DNA of 64,000 nt from a virus (Duplodnaviria; Caudoviricetes). Shown here in pieces: positions 16,074-25,217 of this stretch. The position numbers and the translations under genes are program-made. The stretch lies in IMG/VR virus record IMGVR_UViG_3300037067_007193, positions 1 through 64,000 of that record; one strand, written 5' to 3'. Each line of letters begins with the position of its first letter. Position 1 is the first letter of the stretch. Under the pieces are notes generated by a model. That model searched no databases. It was not told where the DNA came from and saw nothing but the letters and a program-made list of their open reading frames with translations.

Positions 16074-16322
16074 ATGAAACGTGAATCCATATTGGGGTTT
16101 TTGGGTGAATTGACGGAACTAACCAAGAAGTACCGGATAGCCGTTTCTTCTTCTCCGGATAGTGACTATCCCCTTTTGGTGGACCCGACTGACGAGGAGA
16201 CGTTGTGGGCCATAGACATGGATACGTTTAGGTGTGCGAAGTACGTTATTGCCAATGGGGATGATGTTGATGTGGAGGATCAATGGTTGATTAGGTTCCG
16301 TCTTGCGGCTGACGAAGAGTAA
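16074..16322 (+). CDS. Hypothetical protein
   Basis: 82-aa ORF with ATG and SD GGAG. Confidence 0.65.
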   Translation: MKRESILGFLGELTELTKKYRIAVSSSPDSDYPLLVDPTDEETLWAIDMDTFRCAKYVIANGDDVDVEDQWLIRFRLAADEE

Positions 16323-16943
16323 GGAGTTTTGCCATGCCAAGGAGCTTTAGATTGTACCGGTGTGGCACGCCGAAGGGGTTTCGGGATCGGATGGCTACAT
16401 GGATAAGGATAACCAGAAACGCCATCCGCTCTGGTCTGGCTGATGAGGGCGGTTTGTTAATGCTAAGAATCGTCGCTTCATCCATTCCGGGGAAGTAGAT
16501 GGGTGATTTTAACTTTCAAACAGGACAAGAGGATGCCTTTATCTCTTTATAGGAGGCTCGTGGCTGAACGATCTTTGTTCGGGCAGGAAAAGATACGTGA
16601 TTTTAGAGATCGTTGCCCAGAATTGAGCTAATGCGTTCAGGTGTTCAGAAACTTTTGCATTGTAGTGGGAAGGAAGAGGGTATTTAATCTTCAGCCTCAG
16701 TTTGGGATAGTGTTGAGGGGTAATATTTGTATATTTTGATACAATATCTGCGAATTGTGATGGTGGGTGTGTTTTGAAATGAACAAATAAGCGCAATGGC
16801 GTCTTCTGGCACGTTAAATGCTTGGGTATAAGCGGGGTTTTATACCTTTCTGCGTTTAAAACGTGAAAACCGGGGGATGCTTATGGGAAAATAAACCTGG
16901 ACATTCTTGGTTTTTAGTTAAAGACAACGCGGGAGATGTAGAA

Positions 16944-17600
16944 ATGGCTGGACATCCAGGGAATCGCGGATTTACGCTGATAGAGATTATCGTTGCGGTG
17001 GCGCTGGTGGCGATATTATCGGCGGCTGTGGCTCCGGGTGTGTTAAATAACATAGCCCAGGGGCGGTTTGCGAGGGCGCAGAGTGATGTTCAGATATTGG
17101 CGAGTGCGATAATGCGGTTCAAGTCGGATACGGGGGTATTCCCCCGGTGTGCGAAGGCGGCAAACCCCGATACTGCGGGGAACAAGTTTGATTTTCTGGC
17201 AAGCCGGGGCGGTGATTTCCCAAAGATGGGGTCCGGAAGCGACTGGTCCAGCGCGGCTTTCACCAATGGGACGGTGGCTCCTGGAAGTGTGGAGGATTTC
17301 ACCAACCACCTGATTAACGGATCGAGCCGCACCACGACATCGGACAGTCTGTATACAAGAGCGCCACAGGTCGAAGACCCCGGCAGTTTTGGTTTCCGTG
17401 GCGGGATTGTCAGTTCCGACCCTCCCGATCCGTGGGGCCACAAGTACATCTGCAACGTGGCGGCATTGGGGGAACCGGGTCAAGCGGTATGGGTTATCTC
17501 TGCCGGGCCGGATGGAGTAATAAGCACGCCGGTGGCTGACACCGGATTCGGCGCATCGGATGTACTTGGGAGTGACGATATAGGTTTCAGAATTCAGTAG
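16944..17600 (+). CDS. Type IV pilin / T2SS pseudopilin (GspG-like)
   Basis: Class III leader RG|FTLIEIIVAVALVAIL; C-terminal DPWGHKY and VISAGPDG motifs; ATG 16944 with SD GGGAG. Confidence 0.9.
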   Translation: MAGHPGNRGFTLIEIIVAVALVAILSAAVAPGVLNNIAQGRFARAQSDVQILASAIMRFKSDTGVFPRCAKAANPDTAGNKFDFLASRGGDFPKMGSGSDWSSAAFTNGTVAPGSVEDFTNHLINGSSRTTTSDSLYTRAPQVEDPGSFGFRGGIVSSDPPDPWGHKYICNVAALGEPGQAVWVISAGPDGVISTPVADTGFGASDVLGSDDIGFRIQ

Positions 17601-17635
17601 TGTGTGATATGACACATGGATGTGTGTGAAATAAC

Positions 17636-17670
17636 CCACGTTCCCCGTCTTTATCGGGCGGGGAACGTGG
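17636..17670. terminator. 14-bp hairpin downstream of the pilin gene (terminator or stabiliser)
   Basis: CCACGTTCCCCGTC/GGCGGGGAACGTGG; no + strand U-tract. Confidence 0.5.
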
Positions 17671-17965
17671 AATAAAAAGACAAACAGATGCTTTTATCCT
17701 GATAGCGGGACGCTTAGGTGGTGAAGATAGATAGGCAAAAACGTGACGATTGTGGCTTACGGGCTATGCGCCTGTACTTCAAGATGAGGGAAGAATTTTT
17801 GATGATGATTTTTCCGGTTATCCAAGAGATGAATACGAGAGAGACTTGAATGAATTGGGGCGTCTGTGTGGAACAGTAAGGAAGGCGATGAAGAAAAAAC
17901 GATCCGCATGATTTTATCCGGATACAAGGGCGATAAAACAAAGAGACGCGGGGTTACACTTCACA

Positions 17966-18319
17966 ATGGAACGCATGAAGTGGCTGTTGAAAGAGATTGA
18001 CGACCTGTACAAGAGCAAGCCGAACGGCGATTACACTGAGTCTGAGTTGCGCCGGGTGGTAGCCTTGGTGATGAAGATGCTACGCCGCAACGAGTATAAG
18101 CGGCTGATTTTCATACGTGGTGAGCGCGGGGATCGCGCCGAGACGAGATATATGTTTTGTTGTGAACTTGGTAGCAAGTTGGGCTGGCTGGAAGCCAAGA
18201 TGCGAGAGAAGGGCATCACCAGCACGAAAAAGGATGCTTACGCGGAGAAGAATTTCAGGCGGTTCATGGCTTACGGAGAAGCCTACCGTCAAAAATCGGG
18301 TGGTCAACCCACCATATAG
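17966..18319 (+). CDS. Hypothetical protein
   Basis: 117-aa ORF. Confidence 0.7.
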   Translation: MERMKWLLKEIDDLYKSKPNGDYTESELRRVVALVMKMLRRNEYKRLIFIRGERGDRAETRYMFCCELGSKLGWLEAKMREKGITSTKKDAYAEKNFRRFMAYGEAYRQKSGGQPTI

Positions 18320-18334
18320 CAGGGGAGCGAACCG

Positions 18335-18715
18335 ATGTGGCAGAAGCTTGAAGAGCCGGTGGTGTTTTTCAGGAAGCCGAATGGCGGTCACAGAACCGAA
18401 GCGATGATGAGTTTCGGGGATGAAGCGGGTAACTTCTGTCATCTGGCGCTGGAAGATGGGAAGGTTTCGTTGTGGCGTGGTGCGGAATACCGATACGAGC
18501 GGATGGTGGAGTGGCCGAGAGAGATACTGACAGCATTTGTTGATTGCCGACTTGATACGGTCATGTATGACGCAAGGCGGGAATTGGGCGGCATGGAAAT
18601 AGAATTGAAGCACCTACAGGATGGAAAGAAAGAAAGGACTGCGGGAAACAAGCCTGCACAGCCAGACAAGTATGAGTCGCACAAGCCCAAGAAGGTCAAG
18701 AATGCCAAGCACTGA
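18335..18715 (+). CDS. Hypothetical protein
   Basis: 126-aa ORF, SD GGGGAG. Confidence 0.7.
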   Translation: MWQKLEEPVVFFRKPNGGHRTEAMMSFGDEAGNFCHLALEDGKVSLWRGAEYRYERMVEWPREILTAFVDCRLDTVMYDARRELGGMEIELKHLQDGKKERTAGNKPAQPDKYESHKPKKVKNAKH

Positions 18716-18866
18716 ATTGGACGGGAAGATACAGGAGATTTCCGACAAGTTACTTTCGGTGGACAACTTGGCGTTTCCGCTTTTCCCCTGCCCGTGGATG
18801 GCAGAAGAGTGGCTGGCGGAACGGACAATGGAATTTGAGAAGTTAAGGGATGGGTCCGATGCTTAG
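18702..18866 (+). CDS. Small hypothetical protein
   Basis: MPSTELDGKIQEISDKLL..., overlap coupling. Confidence 0.5.
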   Translation: MPSTELDGKIQEISDKLLSVDNLAFPLFPCPWMAEEWLAERTMEFEKLRDGSDA

Positions 18867-18946
18867 ACTTCCTAAAGAGCATGTTCTGAGCTTGCGGGGA
18901 CGGTTTTGAAGCTCCTGAAGGCGAACGGTTACAAGGAGAACAAGGA

Positions 18947-19168
18947 ATGAAAAAGATTACTGCCGTTCCGGACGGAATGTTGGATTTCAGGAAGAAGCCA
19001 GTAGTTATACAGGCTATCCAGATAACCGAGACGTCTGAAGTCGATACCCTGGAAGGAACAATGCGGGGTAGTGTTGGTGACTTTTTGATTCGGGGGGTCA
19101 AGGGAGAACTGTATTTCTGCAAGCCGGATATTTTTAAATCCACCTACGAGCCGGTTGAAAAACAATGA
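18947..19168 (+). CDS. PGDYG-like phage protein
   Basis: KKPVVIQA, TLEGTM, GDFLIRGVKGELYFCKPDIF..TYE. Confidence 0.85.
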   Translation: MKKITAVPDGMLDFRKKPVVIQAIQITETSEVDTLEGTMRGSVGDFLIRGVKGELYFCKPDIFKSTYEPVEKQ

Positions 19169-19401
19169 GAACTTGTCCAGTAGATGGATGCACCACACAG
19201 ATAAAAGACAACGTGCTTTTCTGTCGGGATCACTGGTTCAGACTTCCGCGCTCCACTCGACGGCAGATATGCGGGCACGAAAGAGACCCCTTTCCGAAGA
19301 CGCTGTTGGTATTAAAGGCCGCAATGCGCGGGACACCGCTCGAAACGGTTTTGATTGAGAACACACCGGATGGGCCACGACAGGTGATGGCAGGAAGTTG
19401 A
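19165..19401 (+). CDS. Zn-finger-like hypothetical protein
   Basis: CPVDGC...FCRDHWFRLP. Confidence 0.7.
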   Translation: MRTCPVDGCTTQIKDNVLFCRDHWFRLPRSTRRQICGHERDPFPKTLLVLKAAMRGTPLETVLIENTPDGPRQVMAGS

Positions 19402-19428
19402 TTTCAACGGTTACAAGACGGAGAAAGA

Positions 19429-19641
19429 ATGAAAGTTAAACTTGAAACTGCGGCGATTGTGACGATTAAGAATGCCAGCGATATGACTCCTGAAGGTAGG
19501 GTTGCTATCGCGCAATGGTTGCGAGAACAGGCAAACTACTTAATCGAACACGGTTCTGAGTACAGCAAAAAGTGTATATTCCGGTATCAATATAGCCCAT
19601 ATTCGCTTGATATGGACGTTCCGCCTTTTGGGAAAATATGA
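19429..19641 (+). CDS. Hypothetical protein
   Basis: 70-aa ORF with SD GGAG. Confidence 0.7.
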   Translation: MKVKLETAAIVTIKNASDMTPEGRVAIAQWLREQANYLIEHGSEYSKKCIFRYQYSPYSLDMDVPPFGKI

Positions 19642-19668
19642 ATCCATCTGGAGAAAGTTGGCTAAATA

Positions 19669-20202
19669 ATGACAGCGATAGTGGGCATAGCGAAAGATGG
19701 CAAGGTCTGGATGGGCGCGGATAGCCAAATAAACTACGGCAATCTAAAAATGCCGCTGGCGGAAAACAAGATTTTTCTGAATGGGCCAGTTCTTTGTGGA
19801 TGTGCCGGGGATTACAGATTTACAAACATCGTTCAACACAACTTCAAAGCCCCTATAATTAATAAGTTTGAAGACGCATTTGAATACATGGTTAAAATAT
19901 TTATACCGGTATTGAGAGAAACAATAAAAGAAAGCGGTTGGATGAAGATTGAAAACAACAGAGAAGAGGCTGGACATCTTTTGGTTGGTGTAAAAGGGCG
20001 ACTGTTTGAGATTTGTGACGATTTTTCCGTCACTGAAGTGTTATGTGAATATAACGCCATCGGCTCTGGTAGTAATTATATGTTAGGCTCTTTGTACAAC
20101 TCCGCCGCAGAAGAACCGGAACAAAGAATTTTGCGTGCGCTTGCAACGGCGGCAGCCTTTGATTCCAATTCCGCCCCGCCTTTTGTGGTGAAGTCGATAT
20201 GA
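19669..20202 (+). CDS. NTN-hydrolase, HslV/proteasome-beta-like Thr peptidase
   Basis: M-T-A-I-V-G N-terminus, GADS, K33-like ENK, GCAG, AIGSG. Confidence 0.8.
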   Translation: MTAIVGIAKDGKVWMGADSQINYGNLKMPLAENKIFLNGPVLCGCAGDYRFTNIVQHNFKAPIINKFEDAFEYMVKIFIPVLRETIKESGWMKIENNREEAGHLLVGVKGRLFEICDDFSVTEVLCEYNAIGSGSNYMLGSLYNSAAEEPEQRILRALATAAAFDSNSAPPFVVKSI

Positions 20203-20396
20203 AGGTTAAATATTCAATCTCCGCGACAAGGCGAGGCATGTGGGGAGTCAGAAAACACGGATGTTGCAGATGCTCTAAAATCTTTTTTGACTACAAGGAT
20301 GCAATTGAATATGCCAGAAAGATGTGTTCTAAGCACGGCGGCGCTATCTACATTCATCGCCGCGATGGAAGCGTTGAAAGCCGGGAGGAATTTTAA
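20199..20396 (+). CDS. DUF2188-like protein
   Basis: WGVRK...FFDYKDAIEYAR...IYIHRRDGSV. Confidence 0.75.
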   Translation: MKVKYSISATRRGMWGVRKHGCCRCSKIFFDYKDAIEYARKMCSKHGGAIYIHRRDGSVESREEF

Positions 20397-20624
20397 ATGC
20401 GTTACTCAGACGAGGAACTTCACTTGGTACGGAGAATCCGGGATGGCCGTAGCGGGTGGGGAGTTCGCAAGGCTGGCGAGGACAGATGTATCCGGGTGTT
20501 TCCCTTCTGGCGTCAGGCGCTGAATTTCGGGCGGGTTCTGGCGCGTGGTTTCGGGTGTCAGTTGTACATACACCGTAGAGATGGGATAGTGGGGCGAAAG
20601 GAGAACTACAAGGATGTCTCATAA
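20397..20624 (+). CDS. DUF2188-like protein (tandem paralog)
   Basis: WGVRKAG...QALNFGR...LYIHRRDGIV. Confidence 0.75.
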   Translation: MRYSDEELHLVRRIRDGRSGWGVRKAGEDRCIRVFPFWRQALNFGRVLARGFGCQLYIHRRDGIVGRKENYKDVS

Positions 20625-20735
20625 CATTTTAAAGTCTGTCATCGACAACAGCATAGATGGCGACTACTGGCGAGAGTTGGGTTGGCGACCAGAGAAAAAG
20701 ACTTCTGTTCCGGAACTTCCCCCTAACCAGTACGA

Positions 20736-20966
20736 GTGGAGCGAATGATGCTTAGAAAGCTTTCTTTGCGTGGTGGACTGACGTATCTACGGGATAGTCC
20801 GGTTAAGGGGCTGACTTGGAAACAGTACAAGGCGGCACGGTTCTGGATTAAAAAGCACAAGAGAGAGTTGAACGGGATGTCTATATCCAGAACGATGGAG
20901 TTCATGCCGCGTGTCATTCGGTTGGCTTCTATTCTTTCGCCGCGTAAACACGGGTGGGATATATGA
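20736..20966 (+). CDS. Hypothetical basic protein
   Basis: 76-aa ORF. Confidence 0.55.
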   Translation: MERMMLRKLSLRGGLTYLRDSPVKGLTWKQYKAARFWIKKHKRELNGMSISRTMEFMPRVIRLASILSPRKHGWDI

Positions 20967-21122
20967 CGGACAGTATCAGGGAGGTATGCCCCGTGGACTT
21001 TTGTAAAATCTGCCACGGCATCATCAAGCATGGTGTGTGTTTGCAGTGTGGTCGAGACGATGACACTCCTGATTTTTGGGATGAGTCTGAACCAATAAAC
21101 ATGGAGAACGTGGGGCCGTAAG

Positions 21123-21317
21123 ATGATGCAGATAGAAGTTGAAGAATGTATTTGTTGTCCGTTTAGTACATTTGATTATTGTGAATATCCGATGTGCGCC
21201 ATTACGAATAAACACCTTGAACATAAAGACGATTTTACCTCAGATTGTCCTCTTATTGGCAATGTGATAAGAGTATCAAGAAGGATAGATGAATTAAACA
21301 AACAGGGTGGTGAATAA
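21123..21317 (+). CDS. Small Cys-rich protein
   Basis: CICCPF...C...CPL pattern. Confidence 0.6.
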   Translation: MMQIEVEECICCPFSTFDYCEYPMCAITNKHLEHKDDFTSDCPLIGNVIRVSRRIDELNKQGGE

Positions 21318-21505
21318 TGATGGCACTACACCCAAAACAAAACGATGATGATATTCCATTGCCTTTTATGGGTTTCCCAACCGATAGAACGCCATTAAGG
21401 TGGGATGGAAAACACTATAGAACAACACGCGCAATAAAGGCTGGTGAGACATTTGAATTTCAACTTAATGGTGAACTTATCGCTAAAAGCGGTGGTGAAC
21501 AATGA
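21317..21505 (+). CDS. Hypothetical protein
   Basis: 62 aa, translationally coupled. Confidence 0.6.
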   Translation: MMALHPKQNDDDIPLPFMGFPTDRTPLRWDGKHYRTTRAIKAGETFEFQLNGELIAKSGGEQ

Positions 21506-21693
21506 TTATCCGCGATGAAGATGTGCGATTGGAAACACTGCCAGATGAAGTGCAAGGATTGTTTGTTATAGAGATAAAAGAACTGGATTATTTCGATCCG
21601 GAATGGGTTTCAAGAAATGCTTTTTTGTTAAACAAGCATCAAGTATTGCAGTTAATGGAAGAGTTGCGCGAGTGGATGAAGAATAACGCATGA
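21502..21693 (+). CDS. Hypothetical protein
   Basis: 63 aa, translationally coupled. Confidence 0.6.
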   Translation: MIIRDEDVRLETLPDEVQGLFVIEIKELDYFDPEWVSRNAFLLNKHQVLQLMEELREWMKNNA

Positions 21694-21789
21694 ATAAACT
21701 ATTAAATCTGTGGTATGGATGTGTAATAATATTCTGGTTGTGCGTGTTAATTGTGTATGCGGGATGTGAATTTCTACAATGGAGGAAAG

Positions 21790-22077
21790 ATGGTTGCGAA
21801 TCCGAATGCGTGCGTTACAGCTGAAGTTCCCTTTACTCCGGCCTTCGCCTTGTGCGAACGGGTTGACCGCGTTTCGTCTCTCCGCGACAGGGCGCAGTCA
21901 ATTTCAGCCCTATGTGATTCGGTGGTGGACAAAATTCGAGGGTGCGAACCTTGTGTAACTGGCGCTCCCGAATGTACCACTCCCGCCCCCTGTTTTCTTT
22001 TGGGCCGTCTTGATATTGATTGTGACGATATAGAACACTGTCTCGGCGCGATTGAGAAACAACTTCGCAGATTGTAA
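21790..22077 (+). CDS. Hypothetical protein
   Basis: ATG 21790 after SD GGAGG. Confidence 0.65.
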   Translation: MVANPNACVTAEVPFTPAFALCERVDRVSSLRDRAQSISALCDSVVDKIRGCEPCVTGAPECTTPAPCFLLGRLDIDCDDIEHCLGAIEKQLRRL

Positions 22078-22081
22078 GACA

Positions 22082-22214
22082 TGGCTTCGGCGGCGTGGCG
22101 AGAAGGCGGGGGTTGCTCCCTGTAGGTGAAGCCCGTACAGAAAGAGGAACGCTATCCTCTGTAACCGTTGATTAGCGTGGCGGTCCTTGCCGGTTCAAAT
22201 CCGGCCCGAAGCCA
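22082..22214 (+). ncRNA. 133-nt tRNA-like RNA with canonical T-arm and extra arms (element 3)
   Basis: UGGCUUCGG/CCGAAGCCA closing stem; GCCGG-UUCAAAU-CCGGC T-arm; four internal hairpins; no identifiable anticodon arm or encoded CCA. Confidence 0.6.
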
Positions 22215-22453
22215 ACAGAATTGCTCCACTACCATGCGTAGCAGGAGTTACGAAGCCGTTTCTTTTCGGGCGGCTTCAGCCTTAAAACAACAGCCGGGGC
22301 GCTTAGGCGATACAAGAGGTGGACTTGCTTTACCGCTAAATGACCGGAAGGCCAATCCCCCGGCAACCCATTAAAACAAGCCCTTTGACTCAGAGCGCGG
22401 TTCTACCCCGCAAGGGCTATTTGAATTTTTCTTCCCTTGTCACGGAGGGACAG

Positions 22454-23659
22454 TTGACAGACAAGTATGCAGACACGAACGCACGTTTGGCAGACCTGAA
22501 ACAGATGTACAGTTTGTCTTCCCGCAAGATGGCTACCATGTGCGGGTCGGATGAGCGCAGCATCAGGCGGTATCTGAAAGGTTCCCGCACCTGTCCGGCA
22601 GAAGTAATCTCCGCGCTGGAAAACAATCTCCGGCCGTCCGCGATCAAGGCTTCCCCGGACTCAGAACTGAAGCAGAAAGTGATGTCGCTTGCGCAGGTCG
22701 GCGCGGTGTCGGTCGGCGAGATTTCCCGCCAGCTTGACCGAAGCAAGGAAACAGTTGTCCGGCTGATAGACGAACTCCACCAGGAAGGATACGAGATAGA
22801 GATAGACGAAGGCACGCGGCAGGTTGAATTGCGCCGGGAAACTAAGCGCGATTTCTCGTGGATAAATGTCAGCGACTTGTTCAAGAACCAACTCAAGTTC
22901 CTGATGGTTTCGGACTCGCATTTCGGAAGTAAGTACCAGCAGCCCACCCTACTCCATACCGCGTATCATATCGCCGCAGAAGAAGGCTGTGCGTTCGGGA
23001 TGCACGGTGGCGATTTGTCAGACGGACACCCCTCGATGCACAAAGGCATGATTTACGAACAGTGGTACAACGCCAACACCGATGATCTGGTTGACTACAT
23101 CACAGATGTCTACCCGCAAGCCCCGTTCAAGACGTACATCCTGGACGCCGGAACGCACGACACGATCTTTGTCAAGATGTTCGGCTACAACCTCGTGCGG
23201 AATGTCTGCCAACGCAGACACGATCTTGTCCAGCGCAAGGGCGACGAAGCGGTATTCGGGCATGACGGGCAGATACATTGCCGGTTGAGACACCCGACTG
23301 GCGGGGTGGCCTATGCCCGTAGTTACCACATCCAGAAGTACAACACGGCACTGATGGAACATGCCATGCACCTGATAGATGCTGGCGGCGCGGGAGAAGA
23401 ATACAACCCGCGTGCCGTGTACCCGCATGTTGTGGCGGTCGGGCATTATCACCTTTCCATGTACATGCCGATGGCCGGGAGTCATGTGTTCGGACTCCCC
23501 TGTTTCCAGAGCCAGACGCCGTATCTCCGGGACAAGGGACTGTTCCCGCAGGTGGGTTTCTGGATAGTGACCCTGCACTTTGACTGCGATGGCCGGGTAA
23601 GCAAGGTGGAGCCGCAGGCTTACCAGTGGACGCATCTGGTCAGGGAGAACGACTACTGA
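22454..23659 (+). CDS. HTH(x2)-calcineurin-like metallophosphoesterase
   Basis: N-terminal HTH segments; SDSHFG, GGDLSDG, AGTHD and GHYH motifs; TTG start after GGAGG (track start 22340). Confidence 0.85.
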   Translation: MTDKYADTNARLADLKQMYSLSSRKMATMCGSDERSIRRYLKGSRTCPAEVISALENNLRPSAIKASPDSELKQKVMSLAQVGAVSVGEISRQLDRSKETVVRLIDELHQEGYEIEIDEGTRQVELRRETKRDFSWINVSDLFKNQLKFLMVSDSHFGSKYQQPTLLHTAYHIAAEEGCAFGMHGGDLSDGHPSMHKGMIYEQWYNANTDDLVDYITDVYPQAPFKTYILDAGTHDTIFVKMFGYNLVRNVCQRRHDLVQRKGDEAVFGHDGQIHCRLRHPTGGVAYARSYHIQKYNTALMEHAMHLIDAGGAGEEYNPRAVYPHVVAVGHYHLSMYMPMAGSHVFGLPCFQSQTPYLRDKGLFPQVGFWIVTLHFDCDGRVSKVEPQAYQWTHLVRENDY

Positions 23660-23739
23660 TGAAGACCACGGCCCTGTTGCTTTTTCTGCTACTCTGGTTT
23701 GTGGCGCCGTAAGACAGCATTCTCAAGGAGAAAAAATAG

Positions 23740-24957
23740 ATGTCTGACTATACCGGCAGACCGCTTGTGTGTGTGGATTTTGACGGCACAATAGCCAAGT
23801 ATGACGGTTGGAAGGGCGTTGACAACTTCGGAGAACCAATTCCCGGAGCGCGTGAAGGATTGAACTGGCTGCGGGATAAAGGTTTCCAGATATGCGTCTG
23901 GACAACGCGGGGGAACAAGGACAAGATATGGGACTGGTTGGAAGACAATCAAATGCCCTTTGACTATATCAATGATGCCCCCGTGTTCGATCACCAGAAC
24001 CCCGGCAAGCCACCGGCCAAGTATTTCATAGACGACCGGGCCGTCAGGTTTGAGGGGAGTTGGCTGCGCGTTAGGCGACAGATTGAAGAACTGGAAGAGA
24101 TAGAACACACGCGGAATGGGGCGGCATACCACAACGGCATCGGCAAATCTGCAATCGGAATGCAAGATAGCCCGGATTCTAAACCGGCGTATCATTTTGC
24201 CGACTCCAGCAAAATGATAAAACCGGAAAACCATTTCGTTGACGCCGACAAAAAGGTCAGGTGTCCATCATGTCTCGAACCAATCAACCCCAAACCCGCA
24301 AGAGATCAAGTCGGAGTTTTGTCCGCAACGTGCCGTGATTGCAAGATAGAAATCAGGTTTGGCGGTGATGGTCATTCTGTTGACGCCACCGATATGATCC
24401 CCAAGTTTCGCGGAGTCTGTTTGTCGGGCAAGGCCCGGTCTGGTAAAGACTTGATATGTAAGATGTTGATAGACCGTCTTGGTGGTGACTGGCATAGAGA
24501 AGCTCTGGCCGATGCACTGAAGGTGACATATTTTGATCTGATGATGTCAGAAAACATTATCGGGAGAAGTATACCGGAATACCAAAAGGTCATTTTAATC
24601 GACGAGCAAAAATCGTTTAGTCCACAGATCAGGGACGCCCTCATTTCGCTTGGAAAACGGCATCGCTCGGAAGATAAGGACTACTGGATAAAACGGCTTC
24701 CGAACAAAGACCATGCCATAGTAACTGATTGCAGGTTTTTAAACGAACTGCAATTTTTCAAGGATAACGGTTATCTGACCGTCCGCCTTGAATGTACGGC
24801 AGAGACTTTGATTGCGCGTGGTCAGCCGCCGATAAACGACCCGAGCGAGACGGAACTGGATGGTCGGGATGACTTCGATGTTGTCATGGCAAACAACGCT
24901 GGTCTCGCAGTGCTTGAGAAGGCCGTGGATGAGATAGTTACTGCGCTTCGCTCTTGA
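23740..24957 (+). CDS. Fusion of HAD phosphatase, Zn ribbon and deoxynucleoside-monophosphate kinase
   Basis: VDFDGT/WTTR/K/IDD HAD motifs; CPSC..CRDC; GKARSGKD P-loop and TDCRFLNE. Confidence 0.85.
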   Translation: MSDYTGRPLVCVDFDGTIAKYDGWKGVDNFGEPIPGAREGLNWLRDKGFQICVWTTRGNKDKIWDWLEDNQMPFDYINDAPVFDHQNPGKPPAKYFIDDRAVRFEGSWLRVRRQIEELEEIEHTRNGAAYHNGIGKSAIGMQDSPDSKPAYHFADSSKMIKPENHFVDADKKVRCPSCLEPINPKPARDQVGVLSATCRDCKIEIRFGGDGHSVDATDMIPKFRGVCLSGKARSGKDLICKMLIDRLGGDWHREALADALKVTYFDLMMSENIIGRSIPEYQKVILIDEQKSFSPQIRDALISLGKRHRSEDKDYWIKRLPNKDHAIVTDCRFLNELQFFKDNGYLTVRLECTAETLIARGQPPINDPSETELDGRDDFDVVMANNAGLAVLEKAVDEIVTALRS

Positions 24958-25117
24958 CATTGATTTTCAATTCAGACGTGCAGAAGGGGCAGATAACGGT
25001 CTGAGGAAAAGCGCGGATAATTTCATTTTGAAGGTTTATTGTGTTTTTAAGCGCCTCGATTTCCTGAATAAGTTTCAGCGAAGGTCTTGATTTTGAACGC
25101 TTTGTCTGTGTTTCCAT
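24938..25117 (-). CDS. Small protein with C-terminal Zn ribbon and its own promoter
   Basis: METQTKRS...CPFC; TTGACA-17-TATTGT at 25153-25181. Confidence 0.55.
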   Translation of the reverse strand: METQTKRSKSRPSLKLIQEIEALKNTINLQNEIIRAFPQTVICPFCTSELKINVKSEAQ

Positions 25118-25217
25118 ATCGAACCCCCTGAAATGCGAAGCGTTTTGAATTAACAATATAGAGGTTTTGGTGGTTTGTCAAGAGGTGGGATAAAATTTCT
25201 GACATCGGGATATTAAA

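Noticed and set aside
17636-17670. Solitary type I-E CRISPR repeat (RNA anti-CRISPR), based on TTCCCCG...CGGGGA
   Set aside because: Stem and loop too long and 3' handle missing; better explained as a stabilising or terminating hairpin
22293-22365. Second tRNA (GCCGGGG/CCCCGGC, 73 nt)
   Set aside because: No TTCRA T-loop and poor arms; kept only as leader structure
22082-22440. tmRNA or a standard tRNA gene
   Set aside because: No G3-U70 pair, tag ORF or pseudoknots; no U8 or assignable anticodon loop
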